From the NCBI GenBank assembly GCA_963675495.1, contig OY776215.1, forward strand, positions 768,001 through 832,000: a stretch of DNA of 64,000 nucleotides, read 5' to 3'. A program made the translations under genes and the position numbers. Of the stretch, positions 42,059-52,428 are shown one piece after another. The stretch is from an uncultured Methanolobus sp. (lineage in GTDB: Archaea > Halobacteriota > Methanosarcinia > Methanosarcinales > Methanosarcinaceae). Every line of letters begins with the position of its first letter. Within the stretch, counting starts at the first letter, position 1. The notes under the pieces were generated by a model, which saw only the letters and a list, made by a program, of their open reading frames with translations, was not told the origin of the DNA and ran no database searches.

Positions 42059-42720
42059 TTTAACACATCCCTGGAAGCAGAACTACCATTATCGTCAAGG
42101 TTTTCATGATTAACATTATCCAGCTTTGCCATATCGGAAGGAATATTTATGTTGACAAAACTCTTAAGGCCTTTGTCTATTTTTTTCATCGCATCAGCAT
42201 CCATGTACAGAACATCGTCCAGAGAAGATACTGGAGCAAGTATGTTCCTGTACCCTTCATGAATAGCATTTTCAATTGCCATCAGCATCTTATCTTTGTG
42301 ATACACAGAATGCAACGGCTCCTTTGTACCATACTCACTAATGGGTATCAATGCATCGTGCTCTTCCACCATATCGAACATCATACCAATCAACTGTCCA
42401 TTAAGAAATGGCATGTCACATGCTACTGTAAAAACGTAGTCACCACAGGCTTCCTCAAAACCCGCAAGCATTCCTGCAAGTGGACCTGCATTTCTAATCT
42501 TATCTATTGCAACTTTTCTGTCTCCGAGATATTCAGAGAATTGCTGCACCTGCTCACTATCCCTCAGAGACACGATAACCTCATCAGAAACTTCATCCAG
42601 AACAGCAAGTGTACGTTCCAGCAATGTGTTGTCCTGATACACCATCAACGCTTTTTCCCTGCCATTAAGACGGGCTCCTAAACCACCTGCCAGCAGTAGT
42701 GATGATCTTTTCATAATCAT
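42055..42720 (-). CDS. mobA: Molybdenum cofactor guanylyltransferase
   Basis: LLAGG..ARL..EKAL, GPLAG, ACDMPF, EPLH and NINIP.D motifs. Confidence 0.88.
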   Translation of the reverse strand: MIMKRSSLLLAGGLGARLNGREKALMVYQDNTLLERTLAVLDEVSDEVIVSLRDSEQVQQFSEYLGDRKVAIDKIRNAGPLAGMLAGFEEACGDYVFTVACDMPFLNGQLIGMMFDMVEEHDALIPISEYGTKEPLHSVYHKDKMLMAIENAIHEGYRNILAPVSSLDDVLYMDADAMKKIDKGLKSFVNINIPSDMAKLDNVNHENLDDNGSSASRDVLN

Positions 42721-42753
42721 TGACCTCTTATTTTCCAGATTCAGGCATCTTCA

Positions 42754-44733
42754 CTATACAAGCCCTCTTCTGCGTTCACTCTTATACTCTTCCAGAATGG
42801 ACTGGACTTGTTTATGTTCTTTTTCCTTGCGTCGCTCATCGGCTCTTTTTTGCCATTCTTCTATGGCATCCTCAAGTATTCCGGGTTCTACAGAGGCAAG
42901 GTCACCAATGAGATGAATCTGTACATCTTTTAATACGGGAACATTGCCGTCATAAAAATATTCAAGTGCTCCGTGTGGCATGTCTTCACGTATGATAACT
43001 GCCCTGACCTTCGCTTCAACCAGCAATGAAGCCGTTACAGGACCTCCACCACTTGGATCTTTCAGGTAAATTACATCATTTTCCCTGATGCCATAAAGCT
43101 CAATAGTATGCTGTATCGCTTCCCGCGTGAACGACGAGATGACCTTTACCGGAAGCCCCTCACCCCTTACTTCTTTTTTGCGTATCTGCTTGAGGCGTTT
43201 GTTTTGTTTGCGCTGGTTACGCAGGGATTTCTTCGTTTTGCCAAGCTCTTTGTTGAGACGCTCTATTTCATTGTCCCTTATATGTATCTCTTTTTCCCGC
43301 CTCACCTGACGATAAATTGAATTTTTGACCTTTTTGATACGCATTTCCAGTTGCTCAACAAATCTTTCCTTTTGTACAGCCTCGTATTTGAGTTCAGAAA
43401 CATAATCTTTGAGCTGTTTTATCTGGGAATTCCTATTCCTGAGCTCCTCACGCATTTTCTTTATTTGTTCATCCACATCGGCAGGCTCTTCTTTTGGCGT
43501 TTCTGCCTCCGGCTTCATTCTAATCTTTATCCTTGACTCGGATGCAACCTTTTCAATGGCCTCATCTATGGACTCACCGTTTATCACATGGAACTTTATA
43601 CTGTCAAGATCAAGATATTTAGGAGCTCTCTTCCCGACCTTCGAAAATACATTTTTGTATGATTTATATGCGGATAATGCTGCAGTGAGTGAATCACGCT
43701 CATGGTCATTGGAATATCCGAATTGTCTGGCAATTGCTATCTTTTCCTCTGCCCTTATCTCGCCACCTGGGGTCCAGATAACTGCACTGAAACTGCGGCG
43801 TATTTTTTCGACGGCTGATGGAACTGGATAGACATCCGTGGCTACAAGTATCGGTTTACCATATTCAGCTAGCACCCTGACAACCTCATCATGTGAAATA
43901 CCGCGCGTGCTATCAGAAAGAAGCAGCTCTCCATCAAGGGAGATTATAGCAATTCCTACGGTTGTGCCGGGGTCTATGCCGACTATAGTATATTTACGTC
44001 CTGCTTTTTTGATAGGTATGTACTGTATCTTATCCCTTTCAACATTTTTGACAGTGACCTGTGCATCAGCATTTGCAGATGGTTTTACCGGCACAAGCTC
44101 ACGTCTAGCATTTACAGTATATTCAGCCCTGACGTAGCCACCAAAACCTTCGGTGATGTGTTCGGAATAAGTAAAACCCGTTTCCCGGGAGAACTGGCGC
44201 AGGGCGCTCTCGACCTCCCGGCTCTTTTCCCTGACAGCCCCATGGACTTTCCTTCGATAGCGGTTCTGGCTCCAGCCACCCCTGCCAAGTGAACGGGCAC
44301 GACTTACTTTTATGCGAGTGATGTCTTCAAAAAGAGATACCTCAACACCTACTCCAAGACTTGCAAGAATTGCGCATGCTTCAGCTTCCTGATTAGGGTC
44401 CAATTGATTGAAAGAGAGACCATGCTCTTTTGCCAGACGAAGCAGGGATTTCTGGTGAATACCACCGGTGACCTGCACCAGTTTTGTATTACCAGGGAGT
44501 TTTTCAAGAAAACGTATTAACTCCCGCTTATTTGCCGCAAGCTCAAAAATATTATCAACTGCAATATAATCAGGCCGGTCCTTGTTCAGCATACGGAGTA
44601 TCCTGTGTAACCGAACCATTGTGTAATGGTTTATCTCGCCATCCCTGAGAACGGCAACGGCATATCTGGGAACCTCCTGTGCCCTGGAAGAGCCTTTTGC
44701 TATGTCAATGCCGTATATGACACCGTTTTGCAT
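42754..44733 (-). CDS. DUF460 protein (RNase H-like fold + coiled coil)
   Basis: GRGGWSQNRYRR, VGIDPGTT and HERDSL motifs. Confidence 0.9.
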   Translation of the reverse strand: MQNGVIYGIDIAKGSSRAQEVPRYAVAVLRDGEINHYTMVRLHRILRMLNKDRPDYIAVDNIFELAANKRELIRFLEKLPGNTKLVQVTGGIHQKSLLRLAKEHGLSFNQLDPNQEAEACAILASLGVGVEVSLFEDITRIKVSRARSLGRGGWSQNRYRRKVHGAVREKSREVESALRQFSRETGFTYSEHITEGFGGYVRAEYTVNARRELVPVKPSANADAQVTVKNVERDKIQYIPIKKAGRKYTIVGIDPGTTVGIAIISLDGELLLSDSTRGISHDEVVRVLAEYGKPILVATDVYPVPSAVEKIRRSFSAVIWTPGGEIRAEEKIAIARQFGYSNDHERDSLTAALSAYKSYKNVFSKVGKRAPKYLDLDSIKFHVINGESIDEAIEKVASESRIKIRMKPEAETPKEEPADVDEQIKKMREELRNRNSQIKQLKDYVSELKYEAVQKERFVEQLEMRIKKVKNSIYRQVRREKEIHIRDNEIERLNKELGKTKKSLRNQRKQNKRLKQIRKKEVRGEGLPVKVISSFTREAIQHTIELYGIRENDVIYLKDPSGGGPVTASLLVEAKVRAVIIREDMPHGALEYFYDGNVPVLKDVQIHLIGDLASVEPGILEDAIEEWQKRADERRKEKEHKQVQSILEEYKSERRRGLV

Positions 44734-44765
44734 ATAGTTTCTTTTATGGCATTAATGTAATATAT

Positions 44766-45662
44766 CTATGACTCCAGACCATCTTTTATCTGCGATATGA
44801 CCGCGCCTAAATCCATTTTGATGTTGTATTTGCGCTTGAAGTGTTTGAGCACGTTGGATACATCCCTTTCAAGCAACTCATCTGCATGAGGATGGCTTGT
44901 TTCAACGCACTGTGGCCAGTCGATGAATTGCACTCCACCTTCTATAACGAAGATGTTGTACTCGCTAAGGTCAGAATGAATATAACCTTTTTCATAAACT
45001 ATGCCTACCTGCCTGATGATCTCGTCAAGGAACCATTGCGGTTCTGCAAGTTTTGTCCTGTACAGAAGAGTACCTTTTGCAACGTCCATGACAAGAGCAT
45101 GCCGATTGTTGTCAATTAACTCAGGAACTGAAACATCAGGATGTAGTGTCCTGATAATCTCTGCCTCTCTTTTTGCAGCAAGTCTTGCAGCATATATCCA
45201 TGAGAAGTGCTCCTTGCCCTCAAGATGAGAACGTGATCTTTTGACACTCTTAAAACTGGTCCGTCCTTCCCTGTGGAATTTCAGAATAACGCCCTTAGGC
45301 TCGCCCAAACCAAGTTCGGGTTCTTTCACAGCCTCATGGACTACGGATTCCTTACCTACACCTATCTCATCACCAATGGCACTGATGGTTCCTCTTTTTA
45401 CAAGAGTATTAAGAGCAAGTGTATCGTAACCATCGAAGTATATCTGGTAACCTTCGTATGGCTGGTTGGTCGCAATGACCATATTATTCCTTATAAGAGC
45501 TTTCATCTTATACACAAGAGAAGAATACGGCAAGCGAGTGAACTTCATTAACTCCTCTACCGGCACCCATTCAAAATTCCTCATGCCTATCTCAATACCG
45601 GTGAGTATGCGCAGATCCTTGCTATCCATTTGCTTGAATAACTTCACGACATCGTCTATCAT
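44766..45662 (-). CDS. rio2: RIO2 serine/threonine kinase
   Basis: N-terminal wHTH, IGVGKES, KFHREG, HSDLSEYN and IDWPQ motifs. Confidence 0.93.
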   Translation of the reverse strand: MIDDVVKLFKQMDSKDLRILTGIEIGMRNFEWVPVEELMKFTRLPYSSLVYKMKALIRNNMVIATNQPYEGYQIYFDGYDTLALNTLVKRGTISAIGDEIGVGKESVVHEAVKEPELGLGEPKGVILKFHREGRTSFKSVKRSRSHLEGKEHFSWIYAARLAAKREAEIIRTLHPDVSVPELIDNNRHALVMDVAKGTLLYRTKLAEPQWFLDEIIRQVGIVYEKGYIHSDLSEYNIFVIEGGVQFIDWPQCVETSHPHADELLERDVSNVLKHFKRKYNIKMDLGAVISQIKDGLES

Positions 45663-45850
45663 TTGCTTTGTAATTACCGGGATGGTTTAGATTGTTTGTG
45701 GTAGATTGGAGTTGAGACATGAATATTATTTGATATCGGTTTTAAAAGCTCCAATTTTGCTTTATCTATGTAGGTATCTTCAACACCTATAAAAACGATG
45801 AAGTAAGAAAATACAAATAATAGATAAATTATTTTAATGGGGGTTAAAAT

Positions 45851-46381
45851 ATCAAACTTTGCACATTGATTATCTTATTTTTTTTAGTAGCAAACATATG
45901 TATCGTTTCGGCAGCATATGAGAATTCAGAATATGCTGAGATATTCCGGCAAGAGACCGGGGTCGAGCCACATATTATCGAAATACAAGGAAACAAAACG
46001 GCATTAACCGTAGATGAAACGCGTGATTTTTTTGCTCAGACTCGTCATGTAACATCAAAATATATGCATCCTGATAATGGTTCTATTGTAAGCTATGGTT
46101 ATCATTTTTCATCAGGATACTTTACCGTTAAATTTTTGGAAGGATCTGAAGTTAATGCATCTATCATTGATGAGATATACAAAGCACAAGAAACTGAAGG
46201 TCAGAAAATAGGAATTCAAGACGTTGGCGTAGTTTTTCAATATTCTGAATTACCAATGACGCATGAAGAACAAACAGATACAGAAGATGGGATTGATAGT
46301 GAAAATAACAACCCAATTCCCGCTTTCTCAGCTTTGACACTGTTGCTAGTATTCTCAACACTAATGTGGTTAAGAAGATAA
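45851..46381 (+). CDS. Cell-surface protein with PGF-CTERM-like sorting signal
   Basis: Signal peptide; C terminus IPAF-hydrophobic-RR; start ATC 45851 or TTG 45866. Confidence 0.75.
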   Translation: MKLCTLIILFFLVANICIVSAAYENSEYAEIFRQETGVEPHIIEIQGNKTALTVDETRDFFAQTRHVTSKYMHPDNGSIVSYGYHFSSGYFTVKFLEGSEVNASIIDEIYKAQETEGQKIGIQDVGVVFQYSELPMTHEEQTDTEDGIDSENNNPIPAFSALTLLLVFSTLMWLRR

Positions 46382-46431
46382 TAAATGCTATAAGTATCCG
46401 TTTATAAAAGTGAAGGTCATGGTGGAATTGA

Positions 46432-47616
46432 TTAACCAAATTTCCCCCAGGCTTCTTCCTCAACTCGCCTGATAACCTCTTTCAGCGGCAGCCCTACCAT
46501 ATCAGCAACCTTGCGGCAATCCTCATACTCAGCAGAGATGTGTAATATCTCACCTGTCTTGTCCTGCGCTATCTTTACGGCACTTGTAAATTCCTCGCCC
46601 TTAAGCAGAATTGTCACTTCATCCATCCTGCGGTCAGCCACAAAACGATGGACTGTAGGAATCACACGTATCCCAAGGGTGCCGGTTTCCTTCATTATCT
46701 CTCTGGCAACCTGTTCACTGTTCTGTGACTTGGTTATAACCTTGATTATATGACCGGACCTGCCCTTTTTCATAATTGTGGGTGTGATGGCAACATCCCT
46801 TGCACCCGCAGCAAGCAGTTTGTCAAACAGGTTCCCCAGAACCTCACCGGTTACATCGTCCACATTGGTTTCCAGTACCTCGATCTGGTCCTTTGTCAAC
46901 ACGTCGTCAACTTCTATGAGCATACTGCGTAGCACGTTAGGATCTTCAGTGTCAGCATCTCCCGCCCCATAACCTACGGAAAGGACCTTGCCTTTGGGAA
47001 GATTATCAATGGGTTTTGCAAAATAGGATAACAAGGCAGCACCCGTGGGAGTCAGGAGTTCACGGTTTCCAGAGCCATATGAAAGCAAGTCACCTGACCT
47101 TAGAATCTCCAGAGTTGCAGGTGCGGGCACAGCCATGGTACCATGTGCGGCTTTTACCCTTCCACCACCTACATTCACAGGAGTACAGAATATAGAATCA
47201 ACTCCCAGCTCATGGATAGCAACACAGGAACCAATCACATCAGCAAGAGCATCGTTCTGTCCGACCTCGTGGAAATGAAGTTTTTCCATTGACTCTCCGT
47301 GAACTTTTGACTCGGCCTCTGCCATGATGGCAAAGACATCAAGAGCACTCTTTTCAACCTTTGGAGAAAGCCCGGCTGACTTTATGATATCCACAAGCTC
47401 ATGGTAATGCCGGGAATGTTCCTCATGTGGCACATTTATATGTACATTAACTGCATCGATACCTTTCTTATTAGCCCGGTCCACAGAGACTGACACATCA
47501 ACGGCAGATTCAATTATTTCGCATATACTTGCCCTGTCAGCACCAAGACTGATAAGACTTCCAAGTATCATATCTCCGGCGCCACCTGAGAAAGGATCGA
47601 ATATAAGGGATCTCAT
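46432..47616 (-). CDS. larC: Nickel pincer cofactor biosynthesis protein LarC
   Basis: GDMILG, HFHEVG..DA, AHG..VPAPAT, ETNVDD and MKKGR motifs. Confidence 0.93.
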   Translation of the reverse strand: MRSLIFDPFSGGAGDMILGSLISLGADRASICEIIESAVDVSVSVDRANKKGIDAVNVHINVPHEEHSRHYHELVDIIKSAGLSPKVEKSALDVFAIMAEAESKVHGESMEKLHFHEVGQNDALADVIGSCVAIHELGVDSIFCTPVNVGGGRVKAAHGTMAVPAPATLEILRSGDLLSYGSGNRELLTPTGAALLSYFAKPIDNLPKGKVLSVGYGAGDADTEDPNVLRSMLIEVDDVLTKDQIEVLETNVDDVTGEVLGNLFDKLLAAGARDVAITPTIMKKGRSGHIIKVITKSQNSEQVAREIMKETGTLGIRVIPTVHRFVADRRMDEVTILLKGEEFTSAVKIAQDKTGEILHISAEYEDCRKVADMVGLPLKEVIRRVEEEAWGKFG

Positions 47617-47673
47617 TTTATCTTATCCTAATTGAATGCTCATTATTTCAGACATGAACTTCAAAATTACCTT

Positions 47674-48459
47674 TTATTTTTTAGCGGTGCTGTTCCTTGC
47701 TTCAGCAACCCTGTTAGCTATCCTTGCGGCAAAAGCACCGGCAACAAATCCCGCATCGATATTCACAACAGAGAGTACGGAACATGATTGTAGCATAGAA
47801 AGCAGGGCAGCCTCACCCTTTGCACCGGCACCATATCCTGTGGATACCGGCAGACCTATAACAGGGACATCCACAAGACCCGAAACAACTGTGGGAAGAG
47901 TTCCTTCTCTTCCTGCAGCCACGACAATGGAATCCGGTTTATTCTCCTGCAATGTCTGCATTTCGCCGATTAGCCTATGGAATCCCGCAACACCGACATC
48001 ATAAATAGCAATGGTATCACACCCCATCTCTGATGCCACCATTCTGGCCTCCTCCGCAGCATCGATATCAGCAGTACCGGCAGTAATTATTGCAACAACA
48101 CCACCTGTGCGGAGCGCAGGCGTGCCGTTATGGACCACAGCAGCGGTCGAGTGAAGATTCCATTCAAGTTCTTCAGGTTTGAAACTGGAGAGCAGCAATT
48201 CCCTGTGTTTATCACCAAGTCTTGTGATAAGCACCCTGCCTGTTGCAGCTACCTGTGCCTTTGCGATCTCCACAACATCTGCCGGCTCCTTGCCCTCTGC
48301 AAGTATCGCCTCCATTATACCTGTGCGATGCTTGCGGAAGATATCAATTTTAGCAATGTCACTGACAGGAACATAACCCATGGAACGTATCATGGATTCT
48401 GCGGATTCCATGTCCGTTTCATTGTTCTTCAGCTTATTTAGTACGCTTTTAAGATCCAT
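47674..48459 (-). CDS. larB: Nickel pincer cofactor biosynthesis protein LarB
   Basis: TAGTAD, DVGVAG.HRL, PVSTGYG and VVNIDAGF motifs. Confidence 0.93.
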   Translation of the reverse strand: MDLKSVLNKLKNNETDMESAESMIRSMGYVPVSDIAKIDIFRKHRTGIMEAILAEGKEPADVVEIAKAQVAATGRVLITRLGDKHRELLLSSFKPEELEWNLHSTAAVVHNGTPALRTGGVVAIITAGTADIDAAEEARMVASEMGCDTIAIYDVGVAGFHRLIGEMQTLQENKPDSIVVAAGREGTLPTVVSGLVDVPVIGLPVSTGYGAGAKGEAALLSMLQSCSVLSVVNIDAGFVAGAFAARIANRVAEARNSTAKK

Positions 48460-48542
48460 TTTTATCCACACCTATGTTAGCTGAACTGATATTTAAGAGT
48501 AAACAGAAGAAATGAATAGAAAACTATAATATAGATAAAATT

Positions 48543-48767
48543 ATGTTGAACTCTATGGAAGGACCACTTGGGAAAATATACAGCATGCCAACCGCAGTAT
48601 TGCTGGCAATAGGCATGGTTTTAAGTGCTTTTCTTTTCTACAGCCTTATGAAGGCAGCAGAGAACGGAAACGTGTTGATGGTAATACTTCTTGCAGTAGC
48701 AATATCAATTGTAGCTTTTGTAGTTAGCAAAGCAATTAAGATACAAAAAATGAAAGAATTTGAATAA
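48543..48767 (+). CDS. Small two-TM membrane protein
   Basis: Two hydrophobic helices; fills the gap between genes. Confidence 0.65.
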   Translation: MLNSMEGPLGKIYSMPTAVLLAIGMVLSAFLFYSLMKAAENGNVLMVILLAVAISIVAFVVSKAIKIQKMKEFE

Positions 48768-48784
48768 TTAATGAAATCAACAAA

Positions 48785-49204
48785 TCACTTCATTTTTCGT
48801 CTTGATTCTTCAACTTCATCAACTATCCCAGGGTACTCTTTGAACATAGAAAGTATGTCAAGAGCTGCAACAAGATCCACAACACCGATTGCACCAATGG
48901 CTTCTCCCCGAACAGTCCTTATAGGAGTGACTACAACTGACTTTCCCCTATATGTACCATCTTTGGGCACGGTCCTGATCATGTTGTTGGTCCGGATAAC
49001 TTCTTCCAGAATCGGACCTGTGTAGTCCCGGTCAATTATCATTCCCCGCTCCATTCGAATTCCCTTGAAATTAAGACTGCGAATAGTTATTGGGATCCCC
49101 AGAAGAGTATGCACTGCAATTGCTATCGGTTCCAGGTCATCTGCCGTGGAATCAGGGCATATTTTTAGACAAATGACACCATTAGATTCTTCATCGCATA
49201 TCAT
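48785..49204 (-). CDS. DUF2111 family protein
   Basis: YTGPILEEV, G.YRG..V.V.P and AIGVVD motifs; GAGGTG RBS. Confidence 0.8.
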   Translation of the reverse strand: MICDEESNGVICLKICPDSTADDLEPIAIAVHTLLGIPITIRSLNFKGIRMERGMIIDRDYTGPILEEVIRTNNMIRTVPKDGTYRGKSVVVTPIRTVRGEAIGAIGVVDLVAALDILSMFKEYPGIVDEVEESRRKMK

Positions 49205-49237
49205 TTTAAACTCACCTCGTTAATTGAATTGACAAGA

Positions 49238-50164
49238 TCATGATCGATCGAATTTTGCAGATGTAATGTGTTCGTGTGCAGATATGGCTGCTACAGCACC
49301 ATCGGAAACAGCCGTTACAACCTGCCACATTGAAGTTCGCCGGCAATCACCTGCTGCAAATATTCCACTAACAGAACTCTCCATCCGCTCATTAGTCTCA
49401 ATAAAACCTGCATCTATCTTGTTAACATCCACCATTGACGTATTAGGATCGATGCCCACATAAATGAAGACACCATCAATGTTCATTTCAGTTGTTTCAT
49501 CCGTTTTTACATTTTTCAGGACAACTTTGTCGACGAGTTCCCTGCCTTTTATTTCTTTTACTACAGTGTCCCATATGAAAGTTATATTCTCTTTGTCAAA
49601 CACCCTTTTCTGAAGTATGGAGCATGCCCTTAGTTCATCACGCCTGTGGACCACATAAACTTTACTTGCAATATCCGAAAGAATAAGAGCATCTGTGACG
49701 GCAGATTCACCGCCACCGACTACGATCACTTCCAGACCTCCATAGAATGGGCCATCGCATGTAGCACAATATGAAACCCCTTTTGTGAGAAATTCTTCCT
49801 CACCGGGAACTCCAAGATGTCTTGGATTTGCGCCGGTTGCAACTATCACTGCAAGAGCTTCAAGTTCACCATCATCTGTTACGACAACTTTCCGGTCAAC
49901 TTCATCCCTGACTGTCTTCACACCAGTGACCTCTACCTTCACCCCTGTGTTTTCTGCATGGTCTTTGAATTTCTGCATCAGTTCCATCCCTGATATCGAG
50001 GAAAAGCCCGGATAGTTCTCCACCCTGTCAGCTGTGGATATCTGGCCTGGAACTACGTTCTTTTCAAGTACAATTGTATCAAGACCATAACGGACAGCAT
50101 ATATAGCTGCAGTTAGTCCTGCGGGACCTCCACCTATAATAATGAGATCGTGCATGCTGATCAA
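49238..50164 (-). CDS. trxB: Thioredoxin-disulfide reductase
   Basis: GGGPAG, VSYCATCDG and FAAGD motifs; start 50164 or ATG 50155. Confidence 0.95.
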   Translation of the reverse strand: MISMHDLIIIGGGPAGLTAAIYAVRYGLDTIVLEKNVVPGQISTADRVENYPGFSSISGMELMQKFKDHAENTGVKVEVTGVKTVRDEVDRKVVVTDDGELEALAVIVATGANPRHLGVPGEEEFLTKGVSYCATCDGPFYGGLEVIVVGGGESAVTDALILSDIASKVYVVHRRDELRACSILQKRVFDKENITFIWDTVVKEIKGRELVDKVVLKNVKTDETTEMNIDGVFIYVGIDPNTSMVDVNKIDAGFIETNERMESSVSGIFAAGDCRRTSMWQVVTAVSDGAVAAISAHEHITSAKFDRS

Positions 50165-50409
50165 CTATCATCACAAACATTGCTGGTCTTTTCTTTGTCG
50201 GGAACTCCCACAAAGGCAACCTTATCATCAATGATCGTTGTAGGTATTGAACGGATATTGAACTTTTTTGCAAGCTCTTTCCCTTCAGGAGTGTCCAATT
50301 CCACTTCCTCGTACTCAAAATCACACTGTTCTTTCAAGTCACGCCACATTTTCTTTGCAGTTGGACAAAAATGACACCATTCAGAATGGACTAAAGTAAC
50401 CTTTACCAT
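50161..50409 (-). CDS. Thioredoxin/glutaredoxin-like protein
   Basis: WCHFC active site and SIPT motif. Confidence 0.9.
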   Translation of the reverse strand: MVKVTLVHSEWCHFCPTAKKMWRDLKEQCDFEYEEVELDTPEGKELAKKFNIRSIPTTIIDDKVAFVGVPDKEKTSNVCDDS

Positions 50410-50575
50410 ATTATTCCACACTCCTTTTTATTGGTCGTTATTCTATTAGCTAGTAGAGTATATCAAATTAATGACTGTAAAAAGTTAATTTGCACTGTTA
50501 ACCTGGTTTATATAAGTTAATGTGTTTTTGAAAAAGTATATGACTAATAAACAATATTTATAATGATGAGGAATA

Positions 50576-51274
50576 ATGATGGCAAGATATTCTATTGATG
50601 AATTTGTAAAAAGCACAGGTCAAAAAGACCTTGGACAAGGAAAATTCGAGCTTGAACGTGACAGGATGCTGGAAGTCAATCTGAACGGGAGGGTATGGAT
50701 GAAAAGAGGAGCAATGGTTGCATACCGCGGGGATGTAAAATTCACAAGGGAAGGAGTGCTTGAACACGGCCTTGGAAAGTTCATGAAAAAAGCCGTGACC
50801 GGAGAAGGAGTTTCCCTTACAAAAGCGGAAGGCAACGGAAAGGTATACCTGGCAGATAGTGGAAAGAAGATATCCATACTGAACCTGAACAACGAGTCAA
50901 TATACGTAAATGGTAATGACCTCCTTGCCTTTGAAGAGAGCATCAACTGGGATATCAAAATGATGAAAAAGATAGGAGGCATGATGGCAGGCGGACTTTT
51001 CAATGTTAAACTGGAAGGCACCGGAATGGTGGCTATTACAACCCACTATGATCCCCTGACCCTCATGGTGACAAATGACCAACCAGTGTTCACTGACCCA
51101 AATGCAACTGTTGCATGGTCTGGAAACCTGACGCCGGATATTAAAACAGATATTTCCCTGAAGACCTTTGTGGGCAGGTCAAGCGGTGAAAGTGTACAGA
51201 TGGCCTTTAAGGGAGAAGGTTTCGTTGTGATACAGCCTTATGAAGAAATACCTTATGTCGCTCCGGTGGCATAA
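50576..51274 (+). CDS. AIM24 family protein
   Basis: [17 protein letters not shown] and SGES.Q..F.G.G.V motifs. Confidence 0.88.
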   Translation: MMARYSIDEFVKSTGQKDLGQGKFELERDRMLEVNLNGRVWMKRGAMVAYRGDVKFTREGVLEHGLGKFMKKAVTGEGVSLTKAEGNGKVYLADSGKKISILNLNNESIYVNGNDLLAFEESINWDIKMMKKIGGMMAGGLFNVKLEGTGMVAITTHYDPLTLMVTNDQPVFTDPNATVAWSGNLTPDIKTDISLKTFVGRSSGESVQMAFKGEGFVVIQPYEEIPYVAPVA

Positions 51275-51288
51275 TCACTTCTTATTTT

Positions 51289-52002
51289 TTAGCCTTTTGT
51301 GATGCACTCGTACCTCACATCAGCTCTTTGAATCTCAGGTACATCACCCCAGAATCCCATATACTCACCCTGGATAACAATAGCACCTTTTATTCCTGAA
51401 ACATCTTTCATCACATCAAATGAAAGCTCAACAGCTTCTTTTCCAACCTCGGTGTTATTTCCAAGAGCTGTGGCTGCCGAATCTGCCAACGAGACATTAT
51501 CTGAGAAAACAATTGCCGCATCAGCCATCCCAAAACTTATAGAAGGACCGACACTACCTGAAGAAGTGCACACACCCGTTATAGAATCACGGGGTTCTAT
51601 CACAAAACCGAGGTCCTTTAAAGGGGAATTGCCCGCGTATATACCCATTAGCACCGGACGATCGTTGATGATTGCGATATCCCCGCCATTATCCACCATT
51701 GCAAAGCTTGCGCCTGCACCTACCATCGATTCTACCGCAAGGGCAGAGATCGTACCGGCAACTGCACTCATAGGACCTATACCCATTGCGTTTCCAGCTT
51801 CAACCATTCTCCTCACAACTTCGGGAAAATCACCATCCAGGTCATATTGTTCCAGAGTACTCTGGAAGAACGGGTCGGAAGAAATATAGGATTCCAACTC
51901 CCTGCGATGTATCCTTATGGCTTCACGGGCTACTTCGATGTAGGATGAAGAGTCAGCCTGAATAGTCACAATGGTTTCTTTCAACCTGAAATGTTCTTTC
52001 AT
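51289..52002 (-). CDS. UPF0280 ApbE-like protein (COG2122, sulfide assimilation)
   Basis: [28 protein letters not shown] and [10 protein letters not shown] motifs; start MKEHF at 52002. Confidence 0.88.
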   Translation of the reverse strand: MKEHFRLKETIVTIQADSSSYIEVAREAIRIHRRELESYISSDPFFQSTLEQYDLDGDFPEVVRRMVEAGNAMGIGPMSAVAGTISALAVESMVGAGASFAMVDNGGDIAIINDRPVLMGIYAGNSPLKDLGFVIEPRDSITGVCTSSGSVGPSISFGMADAAIVFSDNVSLADSAATALGNNTEVGKEAVELSFDVMKDVSGIKGAIVIQGEYMGFWGDVPEIQRADVRYECITKG

Positions 52003-52033
52003 AATAAAATAATAAAAAAAGTAAAAAGATGTA

Positions 52034-52426
52034 TCACCTGTTCTTTCCAAGTGACAGGGCATTGTGAGGACACATATCGACACAGGTTCCGCACTGGATA
52101 CATTTTGATTCGTCCACAACTAAACTGAACACATCATCCATTGAGAATACTTTGGTCGGGCATACAGACATGCATGCACCGCATTCCACACATTCGTTTT
52201 CATCCCACTTGATAGGAACATTTAGTTTTGTGACCTTAGCCCCTTTGCTGGTTAGTGATTTGCACATTTGGTCAAATTTATCTTCATCCACATCAGCGAC
52301 GACCTCACCGCAAGAACGGTCAAAATGTGCCTGGGAGATGTTCAGCAGGACCCCTGTCTCAAGTATCGATTCTGCCATAATGGGCTTTGTGATTATATCA
52401 CTTGAAATATTGATCTTGACTTTCAC
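52034..52426 (-). CDS. NIL domain-2[4Fe-4S] ferredoxin (homocysteine synthesis Fe-S subunit)
   Basis: NIL-like N terminus and two CxxCxxCxxxCP motifs. Confidence 0.9.
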   Translation of the reverse strand: MKVKINISSDIITKPIMAESILETGVLLNISQAHFDRSCGEVVADVDEDKFDQMCKSLTSKGAKVTKLNVPIKWDENECVECGACMSVCPTKVFSMDDVFSLVVDESKCIQCGTCVDMCPHNALSLGKNR

Positions 52427-52428
52427 AT

